A stretch of DNA of 64,000 bases from a virus (Duplodnaviria; Heunggongvirae; Uroviricota; Caudoviricetes): the IMG/VR virus record IMGVR_UViG_2529292852_000001, positions 32,714 through 96,713 of that record. One strand, 5' to 3'. The notes beneath the pieces were generated by a model that did not search any database, had not been told where the DNA came from, and was given only the letters and a program-made list of their open reading frames with translations. Of this stretch, positions 20,543 to 29,436 are shown one piece after another; the stretch's first letter is position 1; every line of letters starts with the position of its first letter. The translations under genes were made by a program, and so were the position numbers.

Positions 20543-20834
20543 CGCTTGTCCCAGCCCATTTAGCTTTTTCTAACAACTGTTTTTCAGACAATTTACGCAC
20601 GGAAGCGATAAAATATGAACCAACATTATAATCTATCCTAGCGTATTTTGATAACTGACGTGCTAACCATCGGTATTTCCTAACAGTTAGTATTTCGTAT
20701 CGCCAGTTAGTTACGTCTATACTATCGTCCACTCTTGGTGTGAGATCGACATAATATTCTATTTTTTTGGTTAACCTATGTCTTGTGCCAACATAGATAT
20801 ACTTACTCCCTCCATAAGTAATACTTGTCATCAC
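20517..20834 (-). CDS. Hypothetical protein
   Basis: 105-aa ORF. Confidence 0.3.
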   Translation of the reverse strand: MMTSITYGGSKYIYVGTRHRLTKKIEYYVDLTPRVDDSIDVTNWRYEILTVRKYRWLARQLSKYARIDYNVGSYFIASVRKLSEKQLLEKAKWAGTSVGYCIRVI

Positions 20835-20912
20835 TTGACCTTCCTTTCAACCTGCATTAGACCAGCTTGTTGACGCGTACCATAACGCTCTAGCAAATCT
20901 CTGTACGTCACT

Positions 20913-21182
20913 CTATTTGCCATCAGTTACAACCTTTTGCAAAAAAATGAAAGTAACTGTCGAAGCAAAGATAACAATCCACATACTAGGCAAAAGCAAA
21001 GCTGGGCCGAAGATTAAAGCAAAAATGATTTTTCCTATATAATTCCATTCAACAGCGATGAAAGCTACAAATCCTGCTAGAATCCCCACTACTATTAACG
21101 TTTGGACTATCCTATCTTTCATTGTTAACCCCTTCTTTCTAATCATCTGTATATCTAACTTCAACCAATTCATTATCTTCAA
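20913..21182 (-). CDS. Small membrane protein
   Basis: Two hydrophobic helices. Confidence 0.3.
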   Translation of the reverse strand: MKIMNWLKLDIQMIRKKGLTMKDRIVQTLIVVGILAGFVAFIAVEWNYIGKIIFALIFGPALLLPSMWIVIFASTVTFIFLQKVVTDGK

Positions 21183-21768
21183 CGCTAATGTCTAGGTTAT
21201 CTTCATATTTTTTGATGTAACGGTAGAGTGGGTGTCTAACCACACTACTCTCATCGGTTGCACCATCAAAATAATCAAAGTGCAAGGTTACCGAAATTTC
21301 GCCTTGATCGACTAAGGCAAAGTCAATGAACTTTTGGTTCAACTCATTAACCAGCTTTTGTCTACCCTTGTTTTTATCAGCCGTTTCCTTGATTTTCAAA
21401 GCTGGAACGAAAACACCAACCCTAACTAGTTCTTTAGGCTCTTTCCAGCTGACAACAAAAGTTTGCTTACCACCTACAAACGAACTTTGTGTAAAACTCA
21501 TAGTAAAACCTCTTGAAATAACTTCGGCATACAATGGTTCGACAAAAGAATCTAAGTCTAGTTCGTATAAGTCGATTCTTTGTTTTCCTAAACTATAATC
21601 ATCAATGCTAAACCAAAGTTTGTGATAGTTGATCTCAATTTCATATAAACCTAACTCAGAAGCTAGTTTAGCTTGATCAGTGATTTTATTAGCCAATGTT
21701 TCAACAATGAAACGACTTCTAGCCACGTCTGAATTTTTTGTAATGTCATCTAAATTAAAAATACTCAT
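21139..21768 (-). CDS. Hypothetical protein
   Basis: 209-aa ORF downstream of the replication genes. Confidence 0.35.
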   Translation of the reverse strand: MSIFNLDDITKNSDVARSRFIVETLANKITDQAKLASELGLYEIEINYHKLWFSIDDYSLGKQRIDLYELDLDSFVEPLYAEVISRGFTMSFTQSSFVGGKQTFVVSWKEPKELVRVGVFVPALKIKETADKNKGRQKLVNELNQKFIDFALVDQGEISVTLHFDYFDGATDESSVVRHPLYRYIKKYEDNLDISVEDNELVEVRYTDD

Positions 21769-21782
21769 CTAATCCCTCTTTC

Positions 21783-23024
21783 TTATTCAGCATCTACTTC
21801 TTTAAACAACATATATTGCCCTTCAAAGTAATAACTAATGTCTCCGAGTTGACCTTCACGGTTCTTTTTAATGGATAATTTAACTACTGACCTATCGTCT
21901 TCGTCAGGTCGATACAAGAAGGCAACTACGTTACTATCCTGTTCAATTGAGCCTGATTCTCTAAGGTCAGATAACATTGGTTCTTTGACTTGCCTACTCT
22001 CTACCCCACGGTTTAATTGAGCCAAAGCCACAATCGGTATGTTATACTCGTTAGCCAGGATCTTAAGTTCTCGTGTAATCTGCCCTACTTGAATCCATCT
22101 ATCCTGGCGACTGTTAACTTTAACTAAACCAATATAATCAACGATTGCTACATATTTATTAGGCTTAGACTTAGCAGCATTTTTTCTAATTACATTAACA
22201 ATTCCACTAAGGTTTAAGATACGGTCATAAATTCTTAGTTTGTGGTTTCTAACCCAGTTAATTCCATCGGATATAAGCCTAGTAATTGCTAAGGTTAGTT
22301 CATTGGAAGGATTTTTCAATCTCATGCTTGATACCTTAGCCTGACGTGAAATGAAACGATTGAGCATCTCACGCTTGTTCATTTCTAGGGTAAAAAAGTC
22401 AACTTGAACTTCTGGATCTCGCTCTAAAATCTGGTAAGCAAGATTCACTGCGTAAGCTGTCTTACCAACACTTGGTCTAGCTCCGATTGTGAAAAGCATA
22501 GATCCATATAAGCCGCCAGCTAAAAGTTCATCTAACTTAGGGTAACTCTTGATACCAACTGGTTGATTAGTAGTTAGGCGAACTTTCAATTCTTCAATGG
22601 CTTCATCTAATTCACCAGTATCTTCTTCTTCATCAACTCTAGTTAGCTCTGTAATTGCGTTTGATAAATTGTCTAACTCTTGTTTAGTTTTTGAGTTTTG
22701 ATAGGCTTGCATACCAAGTTCTAAGTTTCGCTCAGCGTAAGCTTTATGTATGGACTTAAGATCACTGCTTAAATTAGCGCTGGTAATAGACATGCCTTGT
22801 AGTTTAATCAAGTCAGAATATTTAATTGCACTTTTATTTTGAACTTCATTAAAAACGTTAAGCAATGAGCGTTCGTTAGGGTCTAGCGTACATAAAGCGT
22901 CTATCACACACCTTATGTTAAAGTTCTCAAACCAGTTAGGATCAACGTAGTTTGCTTCTAATAAATTAGGCTGATTTAATAGTACTGCTGCGACTCTTAG
23001 CTCTAGTTCTTTCAATCCTTTCAA
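21783..23024 (-). CDS. DnaB-like replicative DNA helicase
   Basis: Walker A GARPSVGKTAYA, and SDLRESGSIEQDSNVVAFLYRPDED (RecA-fold helicase motifs H3/H4). N-terminal DnaB-type domain. Confidence 0.85.
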   Translation of the reverse strand: MKGLKELELRVAAVLLNQPNLLEANYVDPNWFENFNIRCVIDALCTLDPNERSLLNVFNEVQNKSAIKYSDLIKLQGMSITSANLSSDLKSIHKAYAERNLELGMQAYQNSKTKQELDNLSNAITELTRVDEEEDTGELDEAIEELKVRLTTNQPVGIKSYPKLDELLAGGLYGSMLFTIGARPSVGKTAYAVNLAYQILERDPEVQVDFFTLEMNKREMLNRFISRQAKVSSMRLKNPSNELTLAITRLISDGINWVRNHKLRIYDRILNLSGIVNVIRKNAAKSKPNKYVAIVDYIGLVKVNSRQDRWIQVGQITRELKILANEYNIPIVALAQLNRGVESRQVKEPMLSDLRESGSIEQDSNVVAFLYRPDEDDRSVVKLSIKKNREGQLGDISYYFEGQYMLFKEVDAE

Positions 23025-23925
23025 CCTCTTTTCTAATTATCTCGTCAGTTTTTAGCACATCTGGGTTTTCTTCAACGTAAGCTAAAATACTTCGATCGTT
23101 TTCGCTAATCTCTGGTTCATCGTTTTTCTTAGGTTTTGACTTAACCTTTTTCCTAGACTGCTTTTTAGCTTGTTTTTCTTCCCAGTCTTTAGCGTCTTGC
23201 AAGTAGTTATCAAAATGCTTAGGTATAAATAAGGTATCAGGTCTCAAATAGCGTTTCATCTTATCGTTATCCTTCCACTCATTTACCTTGAACCTAGTAA
23301 TTAAGTAAAAGTCATCTTCTTTAAACCCTTCGTTTAACCTAGCTCTAATTAACTTGCGCTTATCTTCTGTATTACGGAATTTTTTACCTGTAATCTCGTT
23401 AAACCAATCAATAAACTTAGCGTAATCGAAGTTATACTTATCTTTTGAATTATTGTTTGGTTTATCTTGAGCTTTAGTCTCAGTCTTGGCCGTAGCTGAA
23501 GTTTTAACTTGATTATCTTTAGTTTCAGCTTTTGCTTCAGTTTGGACTTCAGGTTTAGCTTCAGCAGCTGGATTAACACTACTAACTGCCATAGAACTAC
23601 TTAGTTTACTTAATTCTTCGTAGTTTATTCGATACCAGTTAGTCTTATCAAACTTCTTTTTGTTATGGTTCTCGATTACAAGCAAGTTTTTGTCTTTGAG
23701 TTTCTTAAACTTTCGATCTAAGCTTCGTTTTGACAACCATGGAAACTGTTTTTGCCACTCTTCCATACTGTTATAAACCCAGCTATAACCGTCAACTACA
23801 TTCATATTCTTTTGCGTCCAATAGTGAATTTGCTGTAAAATTGCAGCTTCATCTAAATCACCTAAAGCTACAGCTAAAGATGGCAAAATCACTAAGGGTC
23901 GTTCATCAAAAAGTAAATTGTTCAT
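22966..23925 (-). CDS. Replication initiator / replisome-organizer-like protein (winged-helix N-terminal domain)
   Basis: The N-terminus LPSLAVALGDLDEAAILQQIHYWTQ...WLSKRSLDRKFKKLKDKNLL resembles phage replisome organizer / DnaD-like initiators. Overlaps and precedes the helicase gene. Confidence 0.5.
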   Translation of the reverse strand: MNNLLFDERPLVILPSLAVALGDLDEAAILQQIHYWTQKNMNVVDGYSWVYNSMEEWQKQFPWLSKRSLDRKFKKLKDKNLLVIENHNKKKFDKTNWYRINYEELSKLSSSMAVSSVNPAAEAKPEVQTEAKAETKDNQVKTSATAKTETKAQDKPNNNSKDKYNFDYAKFIDWFNEITGKKFRNTEDKRKLIRARLNEGFKEDDFYLITRFKVNEWKDNDKMKRYLRPDTLFIPKHFDNYLQDAKDWEEKQAKKQSRKKVKSKPKKNDEPEISENDRSILAYVEENPDVLKTDEIIRKEVERIERTRAKSRSSTIKSA

Positions 23926-23930
23926 TGCAT

Positions 23931-24203
23931 CTAACTTCCCTCCTTTTTATGTTTACAAACAGTTGCATTTTGTATCTCTTTTCTAAAATAAGGGGTCGCA
24001 CTAATCCTTATTTTAGAGCCATTAGCAAGCTTTTTTAGCCTGAGTTTACCTAACATTCCTAAATATACAATCTCACCATTTAACACACCCTTTTGGATAT
24101 GCTTGTCGTAAGACTGTAGGATTGTTGCAACAATATCAGGATCAAGCCCAGTATCTTTGCTTACATCTTTGATTAGCTTTTCTCGTGATAACAGTCTTAT
24201 CAC
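23931..24203 (-). CDS. HU/IHF-like DNA-binding protein
   Basis: 90 aa with a bacterial histone-like fold signature (…GEIVYLGMLGKLRLKKL…). Confidence 0.5.
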   Translation of the reverse strand: MIRLLSREKLIKDVSKDTGLDPDIVATILQSYDKHIQKGVLNGEIVYLGMLGKLRLKKLANGSKIRISATPYFRKEIQNATVCKHKKEGS

Positions 24204-24454
24204 CTTCGTTCTTGAAGAAATCTATAATACAATTCTATCATGAAGAGGAGCTTAAGGGTTGGAAAATTTCGTTAAAAATAGTTTACAAAAAGTATGTTAA
24301 ATCAAGTGCTTAATATTTAGAGTAACTTAGCTCCAAATGTTTTTGTAGCTTAATCCATTTAGATATGTATATAAAAAGTAGCATTTTTCCATTGTATCTT
24401 ATGCCATAAGTTGCTAAAATGTATTGTAGAGAAAATAATTTTGAGGTAATAAAA

Positions 24455-25336
24455 ATGAATAAAAATGACAAGAAGTTATCAGCTTTAATTAAAAACCGCA
24501 AGCAAGCTTTTAGCCTCACAATTGGTAACCAAAAAGGTGGAGTTGGTAAAACCGCTAGTTCCGTTATCTTGGCTTACCTGTTAGCTAAAAAAGGTTTTAA
24601 AGTCTTAGTCGTTGACCTTGACCCTCAAGCTAATGCAACCAAAATGCTTATTAATACTGGTATGCGTCAAGCACAAGAACAAGGAGTTGAAAAAGACTTT
24701 AGCTTTAATAAGACCTTGCTTGATGCTATTTTAGAAAAAAACATTGACAATACAATTATCAATATTATCGACAACCTTGATATTGTGCCTTCTGATGATT
24801 CGTTTGAAGACTTTGCTCGATATGTTTATTTAAACTCTGGAGCTAAAGATGATTATAGCTTCGATCATATCTTAGAACCATTGTTTGCAGATATTAAGCC
24901 AAAGTATGATTTCATCGTTTTAGATACTCCCCCTTCTAACAAGGAAATTAGATCTAATGCGGTTGTAATGACTGACTACGTTTTAATCAGCTTACAAACT
25001 CAAGATGATTCACTAGCTGGGGCTAACCTTTATATCTCAGCTTTAGTTGACCTAAAGCAAAAATATGATTTACCTGTTGAAGTCGTTGGTGTACTCGCCA
25101 CTTTAAACGATCCTAGAAACACGGTAGACAAGCTCGTGCTTAAACGTGCAATTGAACTATTTAGCGATGAAGTTGTCTTTAAGCACGTCTTACCTAATAT
25201 GTCACGTATGAAACGGTTCCCTATTCAAGGGGTAGGTACATCAGATCGTTTTGACAAGTATGTTTTAGATGAATACGAAGTTGTGGCCAACGAATTGATT
25301 AGCAAGATATTATTCTACGAAGAAGGGAAAGATTAA
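24455..25336 (+). CDS. parA: ParA/Soj-family partition ATPase
   Basis: Deviant Walker A GNQKGGVGKTAS. Start taken at ATGAATAAAAATGAC (24455, after GAGGT) rather than the longer listed ORF. Confidence 0.85.
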   Translation: MNKNDKKLSALIKNRKQAFSLTIGNQKGGVGKTASSVILAYLLAKKGFKVLVVDLDPQANATKMLINTGMRQAQEQGVEKDFSFNKTLLDAILEKNIDNTIINIIDNLDIVPSDDSFEDFARYVYLNSGAKDDYSFDHILEPLFADIKPKYDFIVLDTPPSNKEIRSNAVVMTDYVLISLQTQDDSLAGANLYISALVDLKQKYDLPVEVVGVLATLNDPRNTVDKLVLKRAIELFSDEVVFKHVLPNMSRMKRFPIQGVGTSDRFDKYVLDEYEVVANELISKILFYEEGKD

Positions 25337-25338
25337 CT

Positions 25339-25599
25339 ATGGCTGGAATCCTAGAATCAAAAATTGGTAATAACTACCAATCTAAAAAAAATAATATTGA
25401 TGAAAAAATCGCTAAGTCTAAGGAAAAACAAAAGCTTATAAATACTAAAATCAGTACCAATACCCTAAGAGAAGTTAAGTTCTTGAAACAAATCTGGGGA
25501 TTAAAGTTTAATTACGAAGTCCTAGATGAACTAGTAAAAAGAGTTCAACTCAGCGATGAAGAAAAGAAAAAGTACGAAATTTTAAAAGAACTATTATAA
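25339..25599 (+). CDS. Small ParB/ParG-like partner protein (centromere-binding candidate)
   Basis: 86-aa basic protein immediately after parA, followed by a repeat array. Confidence 0.45.
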   Translation: MAGILESKIGNNYQSKKNNIDEKIAKSKEKQKLINTKISTNTLREVKFLKQIWGLKFNYEVLDELVKRVQLSDEEKKKYEILKELL

Positions 25600-25605
25600 A
25601 AAAAT

Positions 25606-25638
25606 TAAGCCACACCTAAATCAGATGTGGCTTTTTCG
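25606..25638 (+). terminator. Rho-independent terminator of the par operon
   Basis: GCCACACCTAAATCAGATGTGGC followed by TTTTTCG. Confidence 0.6.
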
Positions 25639-25640
25639 TT

Positions 25641-25945
25641 TGTCCCATGCACGCATAGATATCATCCAGATAACAATATTGTATCATTTATGGCTCCAGT
25701 CTGTCCCATGCACGCATAGATAGCGGTCTGTCCCATGTACACATGGGTAGTACAATAACGATTTCTCAACTGCAATGGCTCTTAGAGTCTATCCCATGTA
25801 CGCATGGGTAGCACTGCCTAATTCTTCTAGTTCTTCTTCATTTTTTAGTCTATCCCATGTACGCATGGGTAGTACCGAATAACTTTAACTGGAAGATCCG
25901 CATCTGTAGTCTATCCCATCGTACTAGGGTTTTGAGAACTCCTAA
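25641..25945. repeat. Six imperfect ~22-27-bp direct repeats with an internal CCCATG..CATGGG palindrome (centromere-like parS/iteron array)
   Basis: TGTCCCATGCACGCATAGATA (x2) and GTCTATCCCATGTACGCATGGGTAG (x3, plus one degenerate). Spacings are 61, 26, 59, 71 and 60 bp. Confidence 0.5.
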
Positions 25946-26074
25946 TTTTTTAGGGTTGTCAAAATTTCATTAGATACACCGTTGCCTTTGTATCAGAAAA
26001 ATCTGAAATAAAGGTCTTACATGGTAATTACCAAATGCTTTAGAGTCCGCAACAGACAAACGGACTACCTATTT

Positions 26075-27328
26075 CTAGGCTAATTGTTCTAATCCTTTGT
26101 CTAGGATATTCTTTGCTGCGTTTATATCACGTATGTGGTAAGTGTTGCATACAGGACAAGTCCAACTCCTATCTTTTAGCGTTAGTTTATCAGTATCTTT
26201 TGTTCCCATAACATGCCCACATTTATTACATGTTTGTGTAGTATTTTTAGGGTTTATGGTAACAAAAGTTTTACCATATAATTCAGCTTTGTATTCTAAC
26301 TTCTGTAGGAATATTCTCCAACCCACATCAGAAATTGACATAGCTAAAGCGTGATTTTTCAACAAATTCTTACTTCTTAGATTTTCAGCCACAACCAAAT
26401 CGTGGTTCTTGATAAGTGTTATTGACATCTCGTCTAAGAATTTATTACGCTGATTACGCACTCTATTCATGAGTTTTGATACCACCATACGTTGTTTTTG
26501 ATAATTTTTGCTATCACGTAAAGAACGTCCCTCTTTCTTGGCTCTGACTTGTCTACGTGATAACTTGCGTTGTGCTTTGGCTAACCTACCCTTGATTGTT
26601 CTATAAAATCTTGGGTTAGCTACAACATTGCCTTCACTTGTTGTTAAGAAGTTATCTGTGTTTAAGTCAATTCCAACTTGAGAGTTAGTTTTAGACAGTT
26701 CCTTAACAAATGGTGTATTAGAACCTAACTGCATAGAAACGTAATAGATACCAAAAGCATTCTTAGAAATAGTAGTTGTACCAATTCTAATATCGTCTTT
26801 ATTATCTAGTAGCTTTCTATAAGAACCACTTACACGAATAATGCCCAGCTTAGGAATATTGATATGTTTATTGTCTACAAATCTAATTGAGCCAGTCCAC
26901 ATATTAACTGGTTTCTTGTTTTTATAAGTCCCACTTGTCTGATACTTTTCTTCATAAGTCTTCTTATGAAAGTTTGGTGTACCAGCATTGTGTACTTTTC
27001 TAAACATGTTCCACGCAGCTTTATATGAACGCATTGCCATATTGCGACAATAACTATCAATATAAGGGTGGTTCATATAGTAATAATGGTTTGCTAAATG
27101 GTTTTGAGCTTTCTTGCGTTGTTCTAATTCTTTAATACGATCTTGAACCATATCAATAGGTAACTTAACTTGTTTAAGTTGATATAACTCTTTATCAATT
27201 GCAACCATAGCGTTGTATACAGCCCTAGATACATCACTGTTCATCTTGATGATTTGTTTTTGCTTTGTACTAGGGTGAATACACATTTTTAAACCATAGT
27301 GATATTTCAACTCACTCATCGTTTTCAT
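26075..27328 (-). CDS. tnpB: TnpB (IS605 OrfB-type RNA-guided nuclease), 417 aa
   Basis: RuvC-I GIDLNTDN, RuvC-II LVVAENL, zinc finger CNKCG...CPVCN, RuvC-III RDINAAKNI. Confidence 0.85.
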   Translation of the reverse strand: MKTMSELKYHYGLKMCIHPSTKQKQIIKMNSDVSRAVYNAMVAIDKELYQLKQVKLPIDMVQDRIKELEQRKKAQNHLANHYYYMNHPYIDSYCRNMAMRSYKAAWNMFRKVHNAGTPNFHKKTYEEKYQTSGTYKNKKPVNMWTGSIRFVDNKHINIPKLGIIRVSGSYRKLLDNKDDIRIGTTTISKNAFGIYYVSMQLGSNTPFVKELSKTNSQVGIDLNTDNFLTTSEGNVVANPRFYRTIKGRLAKAQRKLSRRQVRAKKEGRSLRDSKNYQKQRMVVSKLMNRVRNQRNKFLDEMSITLIKNHDLVVAENLRSKNLLKNHALAMSISDVGWRIFLQKLEYKAELYGKTFVTINPKNTTQTCNKCGHVMGTKDTDKLTLKDRSWTCPVCNTYHIRDINAAKNILDKGLEQLA

Positions 27329-27420
27329 TTTCTCACCTTCTTTCTAATTAATTTTTTGAGGCTTGTTTCAACCTCTATTAGCACTAACGGAATCGAACCG
27401 CCATAAAACAACCATGTGTA

Positions 27421-27589
27421 GTCTTATACCTATGTCATTTAACTTAGGTTCAGAACAAAGTATGACTTAAAAGTCCCTTATTTAAAGTCTTGCACCTATG
27501 CCATTTAACCTAGGTTCAGAACGTGGCGGTAGCGAAAGCAACTCATACCAAGGTCTTGCACCTACATCAATTCAACTTAGGTTCAGAAC
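27421..27589 (-). CRISPR. CRISPR-like mini-array A: 3 repeats (36-37 nt), 2 spacers (30 nt)
   Basis: Plus-strand repeat GTCTT(A/G)CACCTATG(T/C)CATTTAAC(C/T)TAGGTTCAGAAC at 27421, 27487 and 27553. Unique spacers. Confidence 0.6.
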
Positions 27590-27730
27590 CGTTGTTTTCT
27601 AACCTATATTTAATTGTGACATAAGCTTCTTGGGAACTCTCCATACTTGCGATGTACTATTGTTAGATTAACTAACTAACACCGTAGAGGTTAGAGATAT
27701 TAACCAAGCTGAAAAGAACAAGCGCCCTCC
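27590..27730 (-). ncRNA. Conserved scaffold A (~140 nt) with an anti-repeat at the array-proximal end. tracrRNA/omega-RNA-like
   Basis: One of 8-9 homologous copies. The array-proximal 30 nt (minus strand CTTATGTCACAATTAAATATAGGTTAGAA) is complementary to the repeat. Confidence 0.5.
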
Positions 27731-27783
27731 TACTAGCACTAGTGGAATCGAACCACTATTGTAGCAACCATGCGTGCCAAATT
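27731..27783 (-). ncRNA. tRNA-like mini-element (acceptor-like stem + T-arm mimic, no anticodon arm)
   Basis: Minus strand GGCACGCATGGTTGC...AGTGGTTCGATTCCACTAGTGCT. T-loop GTTCGATTC. Confidence 0.45.
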
Positions 27784-27831
27784 GTATATTATTTTCAAAC
27801 AAAAACATTAGTGAAACACACGTCAAACTCT

Positions 27832-28057
27832 GTCTTATACTATGTCTTTTTAGCTAGGTTCAGAACATATTGATTCGTACATAAAATTATAACTATGTCT
27901 TACACCTATGCCATTTAACCTAGACTAAGAACTCTAATCAAGTAGCAACTTCAACAGGTGCTGTCTTGCGCCTATGTCATTTAACCTAGGTTCAGAATAT
28001 TATCTAATATACTAAGAGTGTGTCTTGTACCTATGTCATTTAACTTAGGTTCAAAAC
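27832..28057 (-). CRISPR. CRISPR-like mini-array B: 4 repeats (first is degenerate), spacers of 29, 30 and 23 nt
   Basis: Repeats at 27832, 27897, 27963 and 28022. Confidence 0.55.
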
Positions 28058-28197
28058 CGTTGTTTTCTAACCTATATTTAATTGTGACATAAGTTTCTTG
28101 GGAACTCTCCATACTTGCGATGTTTTACCGTTAGATTAACCAACAACACCGTAGAGGTTAGAGATATTAACCAAGCTGTCGAGAACAAGCGTCCTCC
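28058..28197 (-). ncRNA. Conserved scaffold B with anti-repeat
   Basis: Homologous to scaffold A (CGTTGTTTTCTAACCTATATTTAATTGTGACATAAG...GAGAACAAGCGTCCTCC). Confidence 0.5.
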
Positions 28198-28862
28198 AAA
28201 TTTTATTATCTAACGCTCAAATAACACTTCAAACATGAGCTTTCACTCTGCTTATAATGTGCTACCGTTTATTATGTGAACGTCCCACAAGGTCTGAGCA
28301 ATAAGGAGCTACCCTATTACTTCCTCGTGCTATTTAACGACGTGGCTACTATGATAAGTACCAACTTTCAGGCGATCATTCAGAACTTTGTTTTTATTTT
28401 AATCTTAATTGTTGTATGTGGATTTTAAGTCCAAGACAACAATTACTGTCTGTAATCTTGATGCCATTGCCCTACTTGTTCTTGTTTCCGTTGTTATAGC
28501 TCAGTTTCCTAAGCGTCAAGGCAAACACTGTCTTTGGTTATTCCCATCGCATCACTTAGCTACCACACTAAGCTGCCAATGGGTTATTCCCACACCGTGA
28601 GCGTCTATTTTATCCAGTGCCAACGGTCAACAAAGCACTAACGTCACACACTTCCACATACGTACCAAACGTCCTAGCTTTTACCAGGTTTGATAGTTAT
28701 TGCTAACAATCTCTCGACTTATCTAAGCTATCACTCAGACTACATCTACTACGAATTACAGGTACATATCCGACAAGATTTGACTAAAACCCTTATGCAA
28801 TCGGTTATGCTTGAAGCGTTATTTGAACGGTAAATAATTTCTGATTCTGGATCCTCTATATA
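28198..28862. other. Unassigned ~665-nt noncoding segment, higher GC than its surroundings. Possible structured RNA
   Basis: No convincing ORF (the only listed one, 63 aa, looks spurious). Sits between array C and scaffold B. Partial resemblance to 40965-41221. Confidence 0.2.
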
Positions 28863-29228
28863 GCCTTACACCTATGTCATTTAACATAGGTTCAGAACAG
28901 AAAACATTCTTTTCTTTTATAGAATATTGTCTTCAACCTATGTCATTTAGCCTAGGTTCAGAACTAAAAACGATGAAAGCGATAGATGATTTTGGTCTTA
29001 TACCTATGTCATTTAACTTAGATTCAGAACCCCACCACAGTTGCAAAACAAACTCAAATAGTCTTACACCTATGCCATTTTACTTAGGCTCAGAACCAAT
29101 CTCGCTATTATCCAAGAATGTAATTAGTCTTACACCTATGTCATTTAACCTAGGTTCAGAACCATCATGAAAGGAGGTGAGATTGTGGCAGAGTCTTGCA
29201 CCTATGCCATTTAACTTAGGTTCAGAAC
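28863..29228 (-). CRISPR. CRISPR-like mini-array C: 6 repeats (36 nt), 5 spacers (29-30 nt)
   Basis: Repeats at 28863, 28929, 28995, 29061, 29127 and 29193. On the minus strand it lies directly downstream of the scaffold, which lies directly downstream of the tnpB stop. Confidence 0.65.
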
Positions 29229-29369
29229 CGTTGTTTTCTAACCTATATTTAATTGTGACATAAGCTTCTTGGAAACTCTTCGGACTTGCAATATCTCTCT
29301 GTTAGATTAACTAACTGATACTGTAGAGGTTAAAGATATTTACCAAGCTGTCGAGAACAAGCGTCCTCC
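29229..29369 (-). ncRNA. Conserved scaffold C with anti-repeat, in the position expected for a TnpB omega/reRNA (immediately 3' of tnpB)
   Basis: Homologous to the other scaffolds. Begins (minus) GGAGGACGCTTGTTCTCGACAGCTTGG right after the tRNA-like element that overlaps the tnpB stop. Confidence 0.5.
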
Positions 29370-29370
29370 T

Positions 29371-29436
29371 ATAACGATGGCAGGAATCGAACCTGCATCT
29401 GTTACCTTGCCTTACCGTTAGGCTACATCGCTACTT
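29371..29436 (-). ncRNA. tRNA-like element with acceptor stem, D-arm (GCCTAACGGTAAGGC) and T-arm but no anticodon arm. Overlaps the tnpB stop codon
   Basis: Minus strand AGCGATGTAGCCTAACGGTAAGGCAAGGTAACAGATGCAGGTTCGATTCCTGCCATCGTT. Only 13 nt lie between the D- and T-arms. Confidence 0.5.

Noticed and set aside
24419-24454. Extended N-terminus of ParA (MYCRENNFEVIK…)
   Set aside because: The extension lies in the AT-rich promoter region with no RBS. The internal ATG at 24455 has a GAGGT RBS and gives the canonical ParA N-terminus.
25641-25945. The repeat array downstream of parA as a CRISPR array
   Set aside because: The repeats are of two diverged subtypes and are only 21-27 bp. Spacing is irregular (26-71 bp), and each unit has the internal dyad symmetry typical of protein-binding iterons or centromeres, not the uniform repeat/spacer geometry of CRISPR.
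28874-29170. ORFs 28874-29170 (+), 32276-32467 (+) and 41484-41813 (-) with reiterated peptide motifs (…LTPMSFNLGSEP…)
   Set aside because: These are translation artefacts of reading through the 36-nt repeats and tRNA-like units. The periodic peptides mirror the DNA repeats and have no start context.
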